Source: the human T2T-CHM13v2.0 reference genome, Homo sapiens. Taken from it: 64,000 bases of DNA. The stretch lies in the NCBI RefSeq assembly GCF_009914755.1, contig NC_060927.1. One strand, written 5' to 3'. Positions 26,121 to 40,118 of this stretch are shown here, one piece after another (within the stretch, counting starts at the first letter, position 1; each line of letters opens with the position of its first letter). Made by a program: the position numbers and the translations under genes. The notes below the pieces were generated by a model. That model was not told where the DNA came from. It was given only the letters and a program-made list of their open reading frames with translations, and made no database searches.

Positions 26121-28574
26121 ATGTTATTTATAAAAATCATATCTCAGGGCTTATTGCAGGTCACCTTTGTTATTTAAGAAGTTATTGGCTCAGTATGAAG
26201 TCAACCTGAAAGGTAGAGAATTAAACACACTTTCTTCAAGGGGAAAGTAGAGGGCTAGAAAATGAGACGGTAATTTAACTTACATATTGAGAGAAGAGAA
26301 GAACATTTTTTAATTAAAATAATCAAAGAATTAGAAATAGTTTTCATTGTTCAATATGATTTTAAAAACATTTAATTCATTGAAGCAAAAACCACTCGAC
26401 ACTATCAAATAGTTTTGTTTACTTCCAAGGAACTGTTTTAGTGTCAGATAGAAAAGTTTTTGCCTTTGTGAATATTGCCTTGAGGACTGTGTTAAATTCC
26501 TATAAATTAAAATTTGTGTGTAACTCACGTATTCATAGACAGCTTAAGGCCCTTAGAACATTACTTTTAAATTAGGAGAAGATTACAGGTCCATTCATCT
26601 TTTACAATTCTATTTCATTATCATTGATGTTGTTTCTTATCTCAACTTTTGGAATGTTGCTTCTTATTTCAACTTTTGGCATATCACAATAATTTGGTAG
26701 ACATCTTTTGAGGTATCTTCCCAGCCACAACTATGTTTCCTGAGAACTACTCTCTCCTCCACTAAATAAGTAAGCACAGCCATAGGTATACCATATGGCA
26801 CTGCCTCTTGGCCATAGCTGATTGGACCAGAAGTAGTCAGATGACCCATGTTGAGCCAATCAGATGTTTTATCCTGCTATTTGAGCACTTGTATTAGGAA
26901 AGATGGAGATATTTGCCTATGGAAAGAGACTTCTAATAAGACGTGAATTTGTTGGCCAAAAATGCTATTTTGAGGGGAGCTGTAGCAGTTCATATCCACC
27001 TGAAGAAGAAGGCTTTCCTCTTCTGAAAGTAAATGTGGAGAGTAGAAAGAGACAGATAACTTGTAGCTCTAGAGAAAGGTGGCAAGTAAAAATGCTTTGG
27101 CTCCTGGTAACACTCCTGTACTGCAGGAGACCGAGGTGCATACCGCTGAATTCTGTGAGAAATTTCTAAACCATAACCAACACCTGAATGTTAGACCTAG
27201 GAGATGGAACTTAGCAAATAAAGTTTTTGCAACCATATAAGGTAATTATGCTGGATTTTTAGGGTTGTGTTTGGGGCTATTCAAGTCTTGATAAGCAACC
27301 TTTCTCACTTTAGCGACTCTCCCCATCAGATTTTCTGTTGCCCTGCTCCTCTGAACACCTAGTATTCATATTCTGCACTACAACATCTGACATGTATTCT
27401 ATAGAATTTATTCCTATTTACTGTTGATAAGACCCTGCTATGCATTAATTTGCTTGGTTCTTCCTAATAATTAGAGTAATCTAATGAACAAAGTACAGCC
27501 TGAAGTGATGCTTTCCCAGGGCAGGCCACAAACGTTCTGGTATAAGATCACTACAAACCTAGTCAAAGTAGCAAGTTGACAATGCTACTTATGTTTATTC
27601 CTTCTATATATTCACATTAATTGCTAACATATCACCCTAACAATATCATTAAATCACCCATTAAAGAGATAGTATCCTCTATTTTCATCTATTTATACAT
27701 AAACTACCTCCTTCTGGCAATACCCTTAGCAATTTATGGGCCTTTGTTGAATCACAAAATTGGCTAATGATTCTGGGAGGCTCTGGCCAAAAGACATGTA
27801 ATACTTCCACTTTCTTAAACCAAAATGACAAAGTCAATCCTTAGAACAGTGGGAGGTTATAAGTGTATGTTGTGTGTCCATGATTGTGTGTTTTTATTCT
27901 CCACAATTGAAAATTCTCCAAACAATATTCTTATTGTCCTTGACATTAAAACTGAGGGAAAGTCCTTGAAAGAGATGCTGCCATTATTTCTGGTCTCCTG
28001 GTTTTGATAGCCTGGTGGTTAAATAATCTCTCTAATATTCTGAAATGCATAATGCATTAAGCTCTTTGACTGCCAAAGAGGCATCACAGACAGATGGGAT
28101 GTGTAATGAGTGTAAGGCAATGGTAGCAGATCCTGCTCAATGCTGGCTGGTGGGGATGGTGAATTTACATCAGCATGATCTGAGCTCTGCAAAGAACACC
28201 AGGCATTGAGAATTGGGGAATCTGACAAACAATCCTTAAGCCTAGAAGAACTGCTCATCTGAAACGCTGGAGCCTTGGAGGGTCAGGGGCCAATAGAACT
28301 GAGCCTATGCTAAAGGAGGCTGGCCAGAGCTCTGTGAGAGGAAGGCCGGAGCCCTGCTGAGTTACCTCCCCTCCCCTCACATTCTCCATGTCTTCGCCTG
28401 AATTATCAAACATAAGCATTTAGATCATCTGGTTGCATCTTATTTGCCAAATTAAATATAAAAAATCCTGTCCCTTTTGTTGAACCTCTGGGTCAAACTG
28501 GAGCCTGAGGAGACGCTGTGAATATAGAAGTTATCCTGGATACCCGGGAATAGACGTGCTGGGAAAACCAAAGC

Positions 28575-28890
28575 AGGGGAGAGGGGAGGAGAGAGGAGGA
28601 TGTGAAGCAAGGAAGAGAAAGGATGAGCAGAAGAAAGGGGAGTGAAGAGGGAGGGAGCAGAAGGGGGAACTTAACATACAAAATGGGAGGAGAAAAGGGA
28701 AAGAGGTAGAGGTGGAAAATAAGGAAGGAAGAAGAGAGGAGAAAAAAGAAAGAGACGGCAAGAATAAAGGAGAGAGGTAATTTACAAAATAAATTAATTT
28801 ATTTAAGGGAGGAGGAAGGAAACAAGCAAAGAGAAGGGAGAAGAAGAAAAGGAAAGACTAAAAGAAGGAAGGGAGGGAAAAAGGAAAATG
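28575..28890. repeat. GA-rich low-complexity polypurine tract
   Basis: About 315 bp of almost only G and A on the + strand, with a short AT-rich interruption. Confidence 0.9.
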
Positions 28891-29679
28891 ATCAGCCTAT
28901 TAAAAGCACCACATCTACTGTTCTAGATGCCCTCAATACTAACCAGAGGAATAGCAGACAGGGGACTTACCCCAAGTCTCTTTGACCTCCAGCTGCAGAC
29001 TGATCAAAGAGAGATACCTGTGAATCCTAGGTGACTTTAAAAAAGAAAAATAAAGGACTACTTAGTGATAGGATAATGGACAAAGAAAAAAAAATGGCAC
29101 CCAATCCTTGCACCCATGTTGCCAGGCAGGATATTTCCACCATCTAGGTTCTCCTTCAGGTGGCTGTGGCTGATGGCAGATGCCAGCCTTAGTTACCCCC
29201 CTAGGATCAGAGCTTTAAAGGCTCTGGCACCTACCTAGGTAATGTCTGAGAAACGTAGGAGGAGTTCCCCTGTTATGGAAGACTTCCATCCAGCAAGGAA
29301 GGGGTAGGCTCACCACAATGACCCAGGATTCATCTACTTACTACAAATGTCTCCCCTCATTCTGTCATCTGATGTGTGAGCCTGTTTCTCCCTAGTCAAC
29401 TTCCCCCAAAGGTGTAATAGCCATTAACATATTTTAAGCTGAGACCAGCATCAACAAGTATGGGCCCATCATTGGATTAATTCTTAACTTACTTATAAAG
29501 GAAAAGGTTAGTAATAAACAGGAATCAAAATGTTCTTGTAACCAAGACTTGTTTGTCAGTACCATGTCATTATTTGTGCTATTTTATTATAGCACTTGGT
29601 TCATAAACCAGCCTGTCATTTGTTCTTCTTTCCTAGGTTAGAATAGCAGATGATATTGGTGTTGCACTCAGATTTTTTT

Positions 29680-30378
29680 TACTGGGCTATTGCACTCATC
29701 CCCCAGCTTCTGTTTCTTTTGGACTTTAGCTGTCCCCTTCTTCTGAGAATTGTCCTGGGTCAAAGTGGGGCCATCTCCCGGGTGCAGTGGCTCATGCCTG
29801 TAATCTCAGCACTTTTGGAGGCCAAGGCAGGCAGATCACTTGATGTCAGGAGTTTGAGACCAGCCTGGCAACATGGCAAAATCCTGTCTCTGTTAAAAAA
29901 AAAAAATACCAACATTAGTTGGGCATGGTGGTGGGTGTCTGTAATCCCAGCTACTCAGGAGTCTGAAGCAGGAGAATAGCTTGAACTCTGGAGGCAGAGG
30001 TTGTAGTGAGCCGAGATTGCACCATCGCACTCCAGCCTGGGAGACAGAGCAAAACTTCATCTCGAAAAAAAAAAAAAAAAAAGTAGGGCCATCTCATCTT
30101 GGAGATTGTCCACCTCTCTCCACAGCCTGCAGTCACTCATGAATTCCACTAGTTTGACGATACAAAGGCTAAATCCCTGGATTCAAGGTGGGCCAGCTCT
30201 GTAGGGTAATTCACATTCACAGCTCTCTGGGGGACTCAGCTAAGACTAGACTTATTTTGAAGTCATATTTTTGCCTAATTTTTTCATTCATTCCCTTTCT
30301 CTTAAGCACATCATCAAAAATCCACTTGCACAAAATTCTCTATTTCAGAATCTGCCTCTGGGAATCTGAACTAAGACA
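29680..30378 (+). mobile_element. ERVL LTR16-like LTR interrupted by an Alu
   Basis: 3' end CCACTTGCACAAAATTCTCTATTTCAGAATCTGCCTCTGGGAATCTGAACTAAGACA. The sequence is continuous across the Alu TSD. Confidence 0.55.
29777..30082 (+). mobile_element. Alu (S-type)
   Basis: Full dimer with poly(A). TSD AAAGTGGGGCCATCT / AAAGTAGGGCCATCT. Confidence 0.95.
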
Positions 30379-31275
30379 GCACGATCACCCCTCCCTACCC
30401 CATCCAATCAAATTCCACACAGAGGCAGGAGATTGTAGAAATACCCAACATCACCATGCTAACAATATCTCCCTGCCAAACCATTCTCATGTCTATAAAA
30501 TGATGTTTTAGGAATTGTTGCTGCCTCAATATTATTTGAATGAAAATATTTGAACTAGGGGCACCATACAGACCCAGGCAACACTTCACATATTTAAAAG
30601 TGCATTTGCATACTGTTAGAGAAAAGGCATTCTCAAATAATACTTTCATGAGGCTTGTTTTACTTAATTCCTTATTTGCTCAGGTTGGAAATACTGCACT
30701 CACATTGTAATAATATGAATGCATAACCTCTGGGTTGAGCAGGAAAGCAAAGTACCCTAAATTACTTCATATAACTCTTGTGGTGATAACTAAACACTTT
30801 CTTCGGCACTGTACTATTTACTGACTGCATTTTATTTCTGCTTCAATAAAAAACTGTCAAGTGCTCTGAGAATTTCACAAATTCACTTTACCCTACTGAC
30901 TATAGTGTGCCATAAATTAATTACTGCAAGTGCATAATATTTATTTATGCCCAAAGCAGTCTGTACTGGTAGGCCTTATTAGCATTCATTGAAGAATATA
31001 AAAATAAAGAGTATAGTTAACATGAAAAAATCATTTATGCCTTCACATCTCCAATGACTAAGCTTAAAAATAATTTTCTACCTTATTTTTTGTTGTTAAG
31101 TTTGTGTCATACACAGCCTCTTCACATTTTTAAGTTGGTTTTACAAGACAAATGCAACTTGTAGGTAATTCAAGCTATGTCACCTATCGACCACATACAA
31201 AGTGAAACATCACAGATGTTTGATAAATTTGAAACCAGTTCTCCAGCCATTTCTATAAGCAAACACTCTAGGTTG

Positions 31276-32070
31276 TGATACAGGATGGGGACAGGGAAGT
31301 GCTGGGTAGAGAATGGCAGGGTCCCTGGCAAGGGCTCCACCCTCAGGTCTGTGCCCATGGACCTAAATGAGGACAGGCATTTCTTTTTTTGTGCCCAAAA
31401 TGTTGCCTTTTGGCCCATCAAGTCCCCCCATCCTGCACCCATAATAACCTAGGACCATAGTGGGCACAGACGCAAGTAGCTGGATGTTAAGAGGAGCAGA
31501 AGATCACACTGACAGACACAAGCAGACACTGGTGGGCCATTGATGGTGGAATGACACCGGTGCCTAAGGGAATTTGACCAGAGGCAGCTGGAGGAGAGTC
31601 TGGCCACTGGGCAGCCTGACACCAGGGAAAGACCACCTTCCCACTCCATCCCCCTTCTGGCTCCACATCCATCTCACTGAAAGCTACTTCCACCACTCAA
31701 TAAAACCTTGCACTCAGTCTCCAAGCCCACAGGTGATCTGATTTTTCTGAAACACTAAGGCAAGAACCCTAGGATACAGAAAGCCTTCTGTCTTTGTAAT
31801 AAGGCAGAAGGTCTAAATGAACTGATGAACACGAGCTGCCTGCAGACGGCAAAGTTGAAAGAGCGCACTATAACACACACCCACTGGGGCTTCGGGAGCT
31901 GTAAACACTCAGCCCTAGACACCGCCGTGGGGTTGGAGCCCAGAAATGCTCCCCATGACCTGCCCATCTGCCTGCTCCCCATGGGGATTTGAGCAGTGGG
32001 GCACTGAAGAAAGGAGCCACACCCCTGTCACATGCCCTGTGAGGGGGATAAGGGAACCTCTCCTGTTTCA
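31276..32070 (+). mobile_element. ERV1 solo LTR, LTR1-like, copy B
   Basis: TGATACAGG...GGGAAGTGCTGGGTAGAG...CCTGTTTCA. 795 bp, AATAAA at about 31698, perfect TSD GTTG (31272-31275 / 32071-32074). Confidence 0.9.
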
Positions 32071-32554
32071 GTTGTAATATCATGGAGGGCAAGAGCCATG
32101 TCTATTTTTTTAATATAATTTACTTTCGTATCCCCAACAAAACCGTCTATAGTGGCTTGCAATGAACAAAGTATCACTAAATGGTTGTTGAAGTGACAAA
32201 TGAACTTGAATTCAAAGCATGATAGAGAAAATTAATCATTGAGTATCTAGACTACAGACTTATTTGGCACTATGCATGCTTAAATAATGTTAAGAATTTT
32301 TCTGATCTTAGTTTACCTTCTGAGAAGAACTGAAGGCTCTAAAACCTCGCTTGCAAATGTAAAGTGCTCTGACTAAATATCTGACCTCACTGATAAAATA
32401 TTTGGGGAAAACCCATGGTGAAACAGAGTGTCCCTCAAAGAAAGTGGTTCTAGTTCAAACTTTTCAGTAAACCATGTTTGCCTGAAAACTAACTTGAACA
32501 AGCCAAATAAAGCTGGGTCTTCCCGTGCAAAATAATTGAAGGTATGTTGCTGTA

Positions 32555-32705
32555 CTTTGCTCCTCAAAATGTGATTCACAGGCAGCATCAAAGGCATCAC
32601 CTGGGAGCTTGTTAGACATGCAGAATCTTAGGCACAGCTCCAGACCTGCTGACATGTGTATTCCCAGGTGAGTGCATGCTTGTTAAAGGTTTGGAGGCAC
32701 TGTAG
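32555..32705. mobile_element. MER5A-like MITE
   Basis: GGCATCACCTGGGAGCTTGTTAGACATGCAGAATCTTAGGC...CCAGACCTGCTGA. Confidence 0.8.
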
Positions 32706-33008
32706 CAGCAGGGCCGTCGGTGAGGGGCTTATAGGTCCAGGATTCTTTTTCCATATTTGTGTGCTCTCACCTTCAACAGCTAGCATCTGTCTCTTTGTCA
32801 TAGGCCTTCCCCCCCACTGCTGGAACTTGCTTTATCATTGCACACAGAAACAGGAAGTGTTTGAGAATATGTGTTCCCATGGGACAGTCCTATGACTGAC
32901 AGGGGAGAGTACAAACCAGATCCCTAGTCCCTGATTGGATAACTGTGTTTTCAGAGTTTCTCCGTGGCATTGAGCCAAAGTAAAACTCCATGGAACTTTG
33001 CTTGATAT

Positions 33009-33786
33009 TGAAATGGAGAGTTCCCTTATTTCCCTTGCAGGGTGTGTGACAAGGGTATGGCTCCCTCCTTCCTTGCCCCACTGCTCAAACCCCTAGGGGG
33101 AGCGGGTGCAGAGGCCAAGGGGAGTGCTTTTGTGCTCCAGCCCCAGGGCAGCGTCTAGGACTCCGGAAGCCCAAGTGGGTGTGTGTCACAGTGCGCTCTT
33201 TCAGCTAAGCTGTCTGCAGATGGCTTGCGTTAATCAGCTCAATAGACCCTCTGTCTTATCACAAGGACAGGGAGCCAGTGTGACAGCCTCAGTTCTTGCC
33301 CAGTGTACTGGAAGAACCAAATTACACGTGGGCTGGAAGGATGAATATAAGGTTTTATTGAGTGGTGAAGATGGCTCTCAGCAAGATGGACAGGGAGCCA
33401 GAAGCGGGGGACGGAGTGGGAAGGTGGTCTTCCCTTGGAGTTGGGCCGCCCAGTAGCCAGACTCTTCTCTGACCCGACTGAATTCCCCTTGGTGCCCAGG
33501 TGTCCTTCTTCTTCCCTCCTTCTCTGTGGTGCCGCCCCAACACTGTCTGTCACTCTGTTCCTCTGCTCCTCTCTATGTCCAGCCGCTTGTGTCTGTGCCC
33601 GCTAAGGTCTCGGGTTTTTATGGGCACAGGATGAGGGTTGTGGCAGGCCAAAAGCAACTTTTTGGGTGCCTAAACAGATATGCCTGTCCTCACTTAGGGC
33701 TGCGGGTCTTCAGGCTTGAGGGTGGAGCCCTTGCCAAGGACCTCACCCTTCTCTACCCATCGCTTCCCTGCCCCACTCCCATATCA
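33009..33786 (-). mobile_element. ERV1 solo LTR, LTR1-like, copy C
   Basis: Reverse-complement homologue of copy B (TGAAATGGAGAGTTCCCTT...CCATATCA). TSD ATAT/ATAC with 1 mismatch. Confidence 0.9.
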
Positions 33787-33949
33787 ATACCGCACTCCTG
33801 CTTGATCTTTCCTTACTGATCCCACTTCCTCACTTTCTCTATTGGCCCCTCACCCCTGGATTACTTTCTAGTAAATAACTTTCTCATGAAATCTCACGTA
33901 AGGGACTCTTTCTGAAAATCACAAACTAAGAAACTTATTTGTCAATGAC

Positions 33950-34175
33950 ATGTTGGGAAATGTTTAACAACTCGCTGTCTGGGCTAGGGGGTTGGCGAAC
34001 AGTGTCCAGGGGAGGTCGGGGGTGGAATGTCTGTTTTTTACCTTTGACAATTCCATGGTGTAAATATTCCCACCATTACAGATCTCAAAATATAAATATG
34101 CGGTTTCAGAATTAGAACAAGATACTTATAATCTGCTTCTGCAAGTGACTATGAGATGGTTCTATCATACCACTG
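33950..34175. mobile_element. MER63-like hAT DNA transposon relic
   Basis: AAATGTTTAACAACT...TTCCATGGTGTAAATATTCCCACCAT. Confidence 0.55.
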
Positions 34176-34334
34176 CCTATATTTATATCCCATCTCATTT
34201 AAAACCAATAAGTTTTTACAAAAATTTCTTGAAGATTAATTATGGCATAATTATATTACACAACACAAAGTGAAAGTTTCTAAAAATCAATCTATCTGTC
34301 TAAAGAATCATGTGGCAGAATAGATGTTTCAATT

Positions 34335-35470
<1,136 letters not shown>

Positions 35471-35797
35471 CTGCATCTTATTTTGTCTCTCTCTTTTTTT
35501 TTTTTTTTTTTTTTTTTTTGGTTGTTGTTGTTGTTGTTTTGGTCTTTTCCTAAAAAAACGGGTTCATTTCACTGTCTTGGTCATACCTCCTCTTCTTGCC
35601 CCCACTTATATCTTCCAGAATTTTTCTTTTAAATCAAAGGTGACAGCATGCCCTTTTAAAATGTTATATTACTTTAGATTTTCATAGTTTCACTTAATTT
35701 TCTCCACTCATGACACTTACTAACTCAACAAAGTACGACAAAGTTGAGCATTTTCAACAAAGAACCCTCAGTCAATACCTGGGGAAGGGAATAACTA

Positions 35798-36030
35798 CAG
35801 CAGTCCCCTCTCAATCAAAGCTTATCTTTCTGAGAGTTGGGCTTTCTACAGTGTCAGTAACCCACAGTCAACCGTGGTTGGAAACTAGATGATTACTCTA
35901 TAATAAGATACTTTGAGAGAGAAAGAGAAGGGGAATACCACATTTACATAACTTTTATTACAATAGGTTGTTATAATTGCTGTATTTTATTATTAGTTAT
36001 TGTTGTTAATCTCTTACTGTGCCTAACTTG
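35798..36030. mobile_element. Tigger2/MER8-like DNA transposon fragment
   Basis: TA-CAGCAGTCCCC start; CCACATTTACATAACTTTTATTACA...GTTATTGTTGTTAATCTCTTACTGTGCCTAA. Confidence 0.75.
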
Positions 36031-36039
36031 GAAGTTATT

Positions 36040-36948
36040 TGATTTTATTATTTTATTTATTTTAAGTTCTGAGATACTTGTGCAAGACGTGCAGGTTTCT
36101 TATGTAGGTAATCATGTGCCAGGATTGTTTGCTGCACCTATCAACCCATAACCTAGGTATTAAGCCTCACATGCATTAGTTATTTATCCTGATGCTCTCC
36201 CTCTCCCGCCCCCTGACAGACGCTGGTGTGTGTTGTTTCTCACCCTGTGTCCATGTGTTCTCACTGTTCAGCTGCCACCTATAAGTGAGAACACATGATG
36301 TTCGCTTTTCTTTTCCTGTGTTAGTTTGCTGAGGATAATGGCTTCCAGCTCTATCCATGTCCCCGCAAAAGACATGATCTCATTCCTTTTTATGGCTGAA
36401 TAGTATCCCATGGTATATATGCACCACATTTTCTTTATCCAGTCTATCGTTGATGGGCATTTGGGTTGATTCCATGTCTTTGCTATTGTGAATAGTGCTT
36501 CAGTGAACATATGCATGTATATATCTTTATAATAGAATGATTTATATTCCTCTGGGTATATACCCAGTAATGGGATTGCTGGGTCAAATGGTATTTCTGG
36601 TTCTACGTCTTTGAGGAATCGCCACACTGTCATCCACAATGGTTGAACTAATTTACATTCCCAATAACAGTGTAAAAGTGTTCCTATTTCTCCACAGCCT
36701 CAACAGCATCTGTTGTTTCTTGACTTTTTAATAATCACCATTTTAACTGGCATGAGATGGTATCTCATTGTGGTTTTGATTTGCATTTCTCTAATGATCA
36801 GTGATGTTGAACTTTTTTTCATATGCTTGTGGGCCACATAAATGTCTTCTTTCGAGAAGTGTCTGTTCATGTCTTTGCCCAATTTTTAACGGGGTTGATT
36901 GTTTTCTATCTTGTAAATTTATTTAAATTAAATTCTTTGTAGATTCTG
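36040..36948 (-). mobile_element. 5'-truncated L1PA (older primate L1): ORF2 C-terminus and 3' UTR
   Basis: ORFs 36700-36882 ([11 protein letters not shown]...[14 protein letters not shown]) and 36268-36639 (VWRFLKD..EIPFDPAIPLLGIYP...IAKTWNQPKCPS) are L1 ORF2p C-terminal sequence. T-rich tail at about 36040-36063. Confidence 0.95.
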
Positions 36949-38465
36949 AGACATACTCTCAAGTATCTTGAGGAGTGCCCAAAATATACAAGAATGGAGA
37001 TAGCATCATGAATGTGTGCAGTTTTTTTAAATAAAATGTTTTAACTCCCACTGTCATTTCTTTCCCCAGCCCCTAGGTAATAAATTCCTCAATTGTAAAC
37101 CTCATTGCCTGCCTGCCACTGTATAAAATGCAGCCCTTCAGAGAAGCACAGCTCTCTGGGCACAGGGGTAACTTCTCATTATGAGAGATGAAACAGATGA
37201 GTTAATCAGGAAGTCCCTTCATCTCCTCAGAGGCTCATCATTCCTATTTCAGGAGTTCAGACAAGCAGTTAATCTGCTGGAAAGATGGAAAATGAAGTGG
37301 CTGTAGCAATCTATTCATGCCAGAGGGGGCCTTATATTAAAAAGAGGATGCTCATGTATTATCATTAAGGACATCTAGGTTGTTCATTCAAGGATTTATA
37401 TTTTAATACTCTGTTTATTGAGCCTGCTGGCTCTTTTTCTTCTAGGTAGGGCAAAGCCACTACGAAATCATCATATGACTGTATACTACTTTTTATTTTG
37501 TGAGGGCTTTAATGGATAATGTCTTTTCTTAAACCTCAGAGTAATCTGGTTAAACAGGAAGTGTTCTCCCATTTTGCAGATAAAGAAAGCGAAGTTCACA
37601 GAGATGACAGGCTTTCAGGAGTTCACACAGTAAGGTGGTGACTTCTCTGGAACCTAAATTCAGGACTTTCAACTATTCATTCCATGACCTGACTCCACGA
37701 GAAGTTGGAGACTTCAGGCTTCCATGACTCCATGGGTTGATGGAGTTGACTTCCAACTCATGATTCCATGAGTTGATAGAAAAAAAGCCTCAATCCAGAG
37801 TGTTAATATCCATACACAGCCATTAAACTAAACTCATCCTATGAAGCACTTCATTAAAGTCTGTGCTGTACTGCAAGGGTTCATGGGTCTGAGTTTCTGC
37901 TCACCAGACTTCCAGGTACATTTGTTCTGACCAACTAAGTCCATTGAGACTTTCAGTCCATTTTTTTAAGTATGGGGTGTAAGTCTTTTTTAATAAAAAG
38001 TCGCATCCTGTATAAAGGCCACAATGAAGCATATGCACTTACCCATTTTTGAACATTTTTAACCTCCCATTTCATATAATTCAGCCTAACAAAATTTTAT
38101 AAATTTTATCAGTCTTTTCCATGAAGGAGACAGCCAGATGTTCTGAAAAGAAAAATGGCCTTGAGTTCAGAAGCTCTGGGTTCAAGTCAGACTCTGAATG
38201 TAGCACTTAATATCTGTGAGCCTTAATTTCCACATTGGTAAGAGGGAAATGGTTATAATAATGCCTGGATAATAGCATATTTGAGAGGATGGTTTGAGAG
38301 CATCTCATTTAGCTAAGATTTATAAAATATCTATCTTGTTCCAGGCACTCTACAAAGTGCTGAAGAGACAATGAGGAATAGACAGAGTCCTTGCCTCCAG
38401 GAAGCACGATTCAGCAAAAGAGGCAGAGGAATAAATCAGCTATTGCCAAACAGCCTGGAAAGTCA

Positions 38466-38868
<403 letters not shown>

Positions 38869-40118
38869 TCAATGGTTTCCAGAATCATGAAGAGCTCTGG
38901 AAAGTCCCTACACCCTGGCTGTCCGGTGAAAAAGATGCTGGAGTAGGTGGAGAGAGATGAGGTAGCTCAGGTTTACTTCTGAGTAGATCAATTTGTGAAT
39001 TGGAAGGGCTGCAGTATCCTGGGACATCATCATTTCAAGTGAATAAAGAGCAAGGGGACAGGAAATTGTGGCTTTGTTTCCACTGAAAGTATTTATGAAT
39101 GAAAGCATTAACTAAATGACTTAATGACGAAAAAGAAGATAAACTTTTAAAATGAGCGTATTTGTCTATCCATGATAAATAATTACATTTTCTCAACCAA
39201 AGCTATTACATTAATAACCTGGGGTTGGTTTGTTTGGCAGAAGAGAGAGAGTGGATAGTGCCAACCATATCTCCTTGCTAGGTATTAGTCATGGTATGAT
39301 CTATTGCTATAAGGCATTATTATTAGAAAATTAGAAATTATAGCATAGATATTGGTACAGTTTTATTGAAGAAACTCTTGGGGCGAGCTCACATTGCACA
39401 GTGCTCTGAGCTTGAAATGTCTGTACAAGGATTCAGAATTGAGAGACTATGTAGGCACTCAGAAGCCACCAAATGTTCCTTCCTCACTGGGCCAGTCATT
39501 GGATCAGAACAGAAACTACCAGGCAGAAATCTGGAAGGACCAGGCCAATGGATTATCTCCCTCTCTTAATTCTCTGCCATCATATAGAACCCACTGGCTA
39601 GGGTAGTGGATACATCTTAACTACCAACTAACATTTATTCACCCTTAATCTGGAGGGAAACAAATTAATCCTGGGAAACTAGCTCTACCCCTCATAATCA
39701 TCTCATATAATTTTGGTTGGGCTCACTTCAGTTCCAGCCACAGGAAAGCACTCCTTATCTGGGTCAAGCCAGTTATCAAATTTCACCTCCTGGCCAGAAT
39801 ATTCGAGAATGTGAAACAATACATAATGGTCCCTTTACACTCAATGCTGGGACTTTGGCTGGACTTATTCCACTCAGTTGGGATAGCTGGGCACCTACTA
39901 AGCTTGAGACTCCTGAGTGTCTGAGACAAAAGCAAGGTTGAGAGATGAAGGTGGAAAAATTAGTTTTGATGACATAACTTGCCTCCTGAGATCCATCTGT
40001 GCATAATGCTAGTTAGCCTTTAACCTTCCAATTACTAGCTGAAATTCTACTATTTCACTCTAGATTGTTTGATTTGGATTTCAATTATGTTACTGAGAGA
40101 GTTCTGACTAGAACATGA

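Noticed and set aside
31276-33786. Possible provirus bounded by two LTRs
   Set aside because: The LTRs are inverted, have separate TSDs, and the spacer has no primer-binding site or internal retroviral sequence that I can see.
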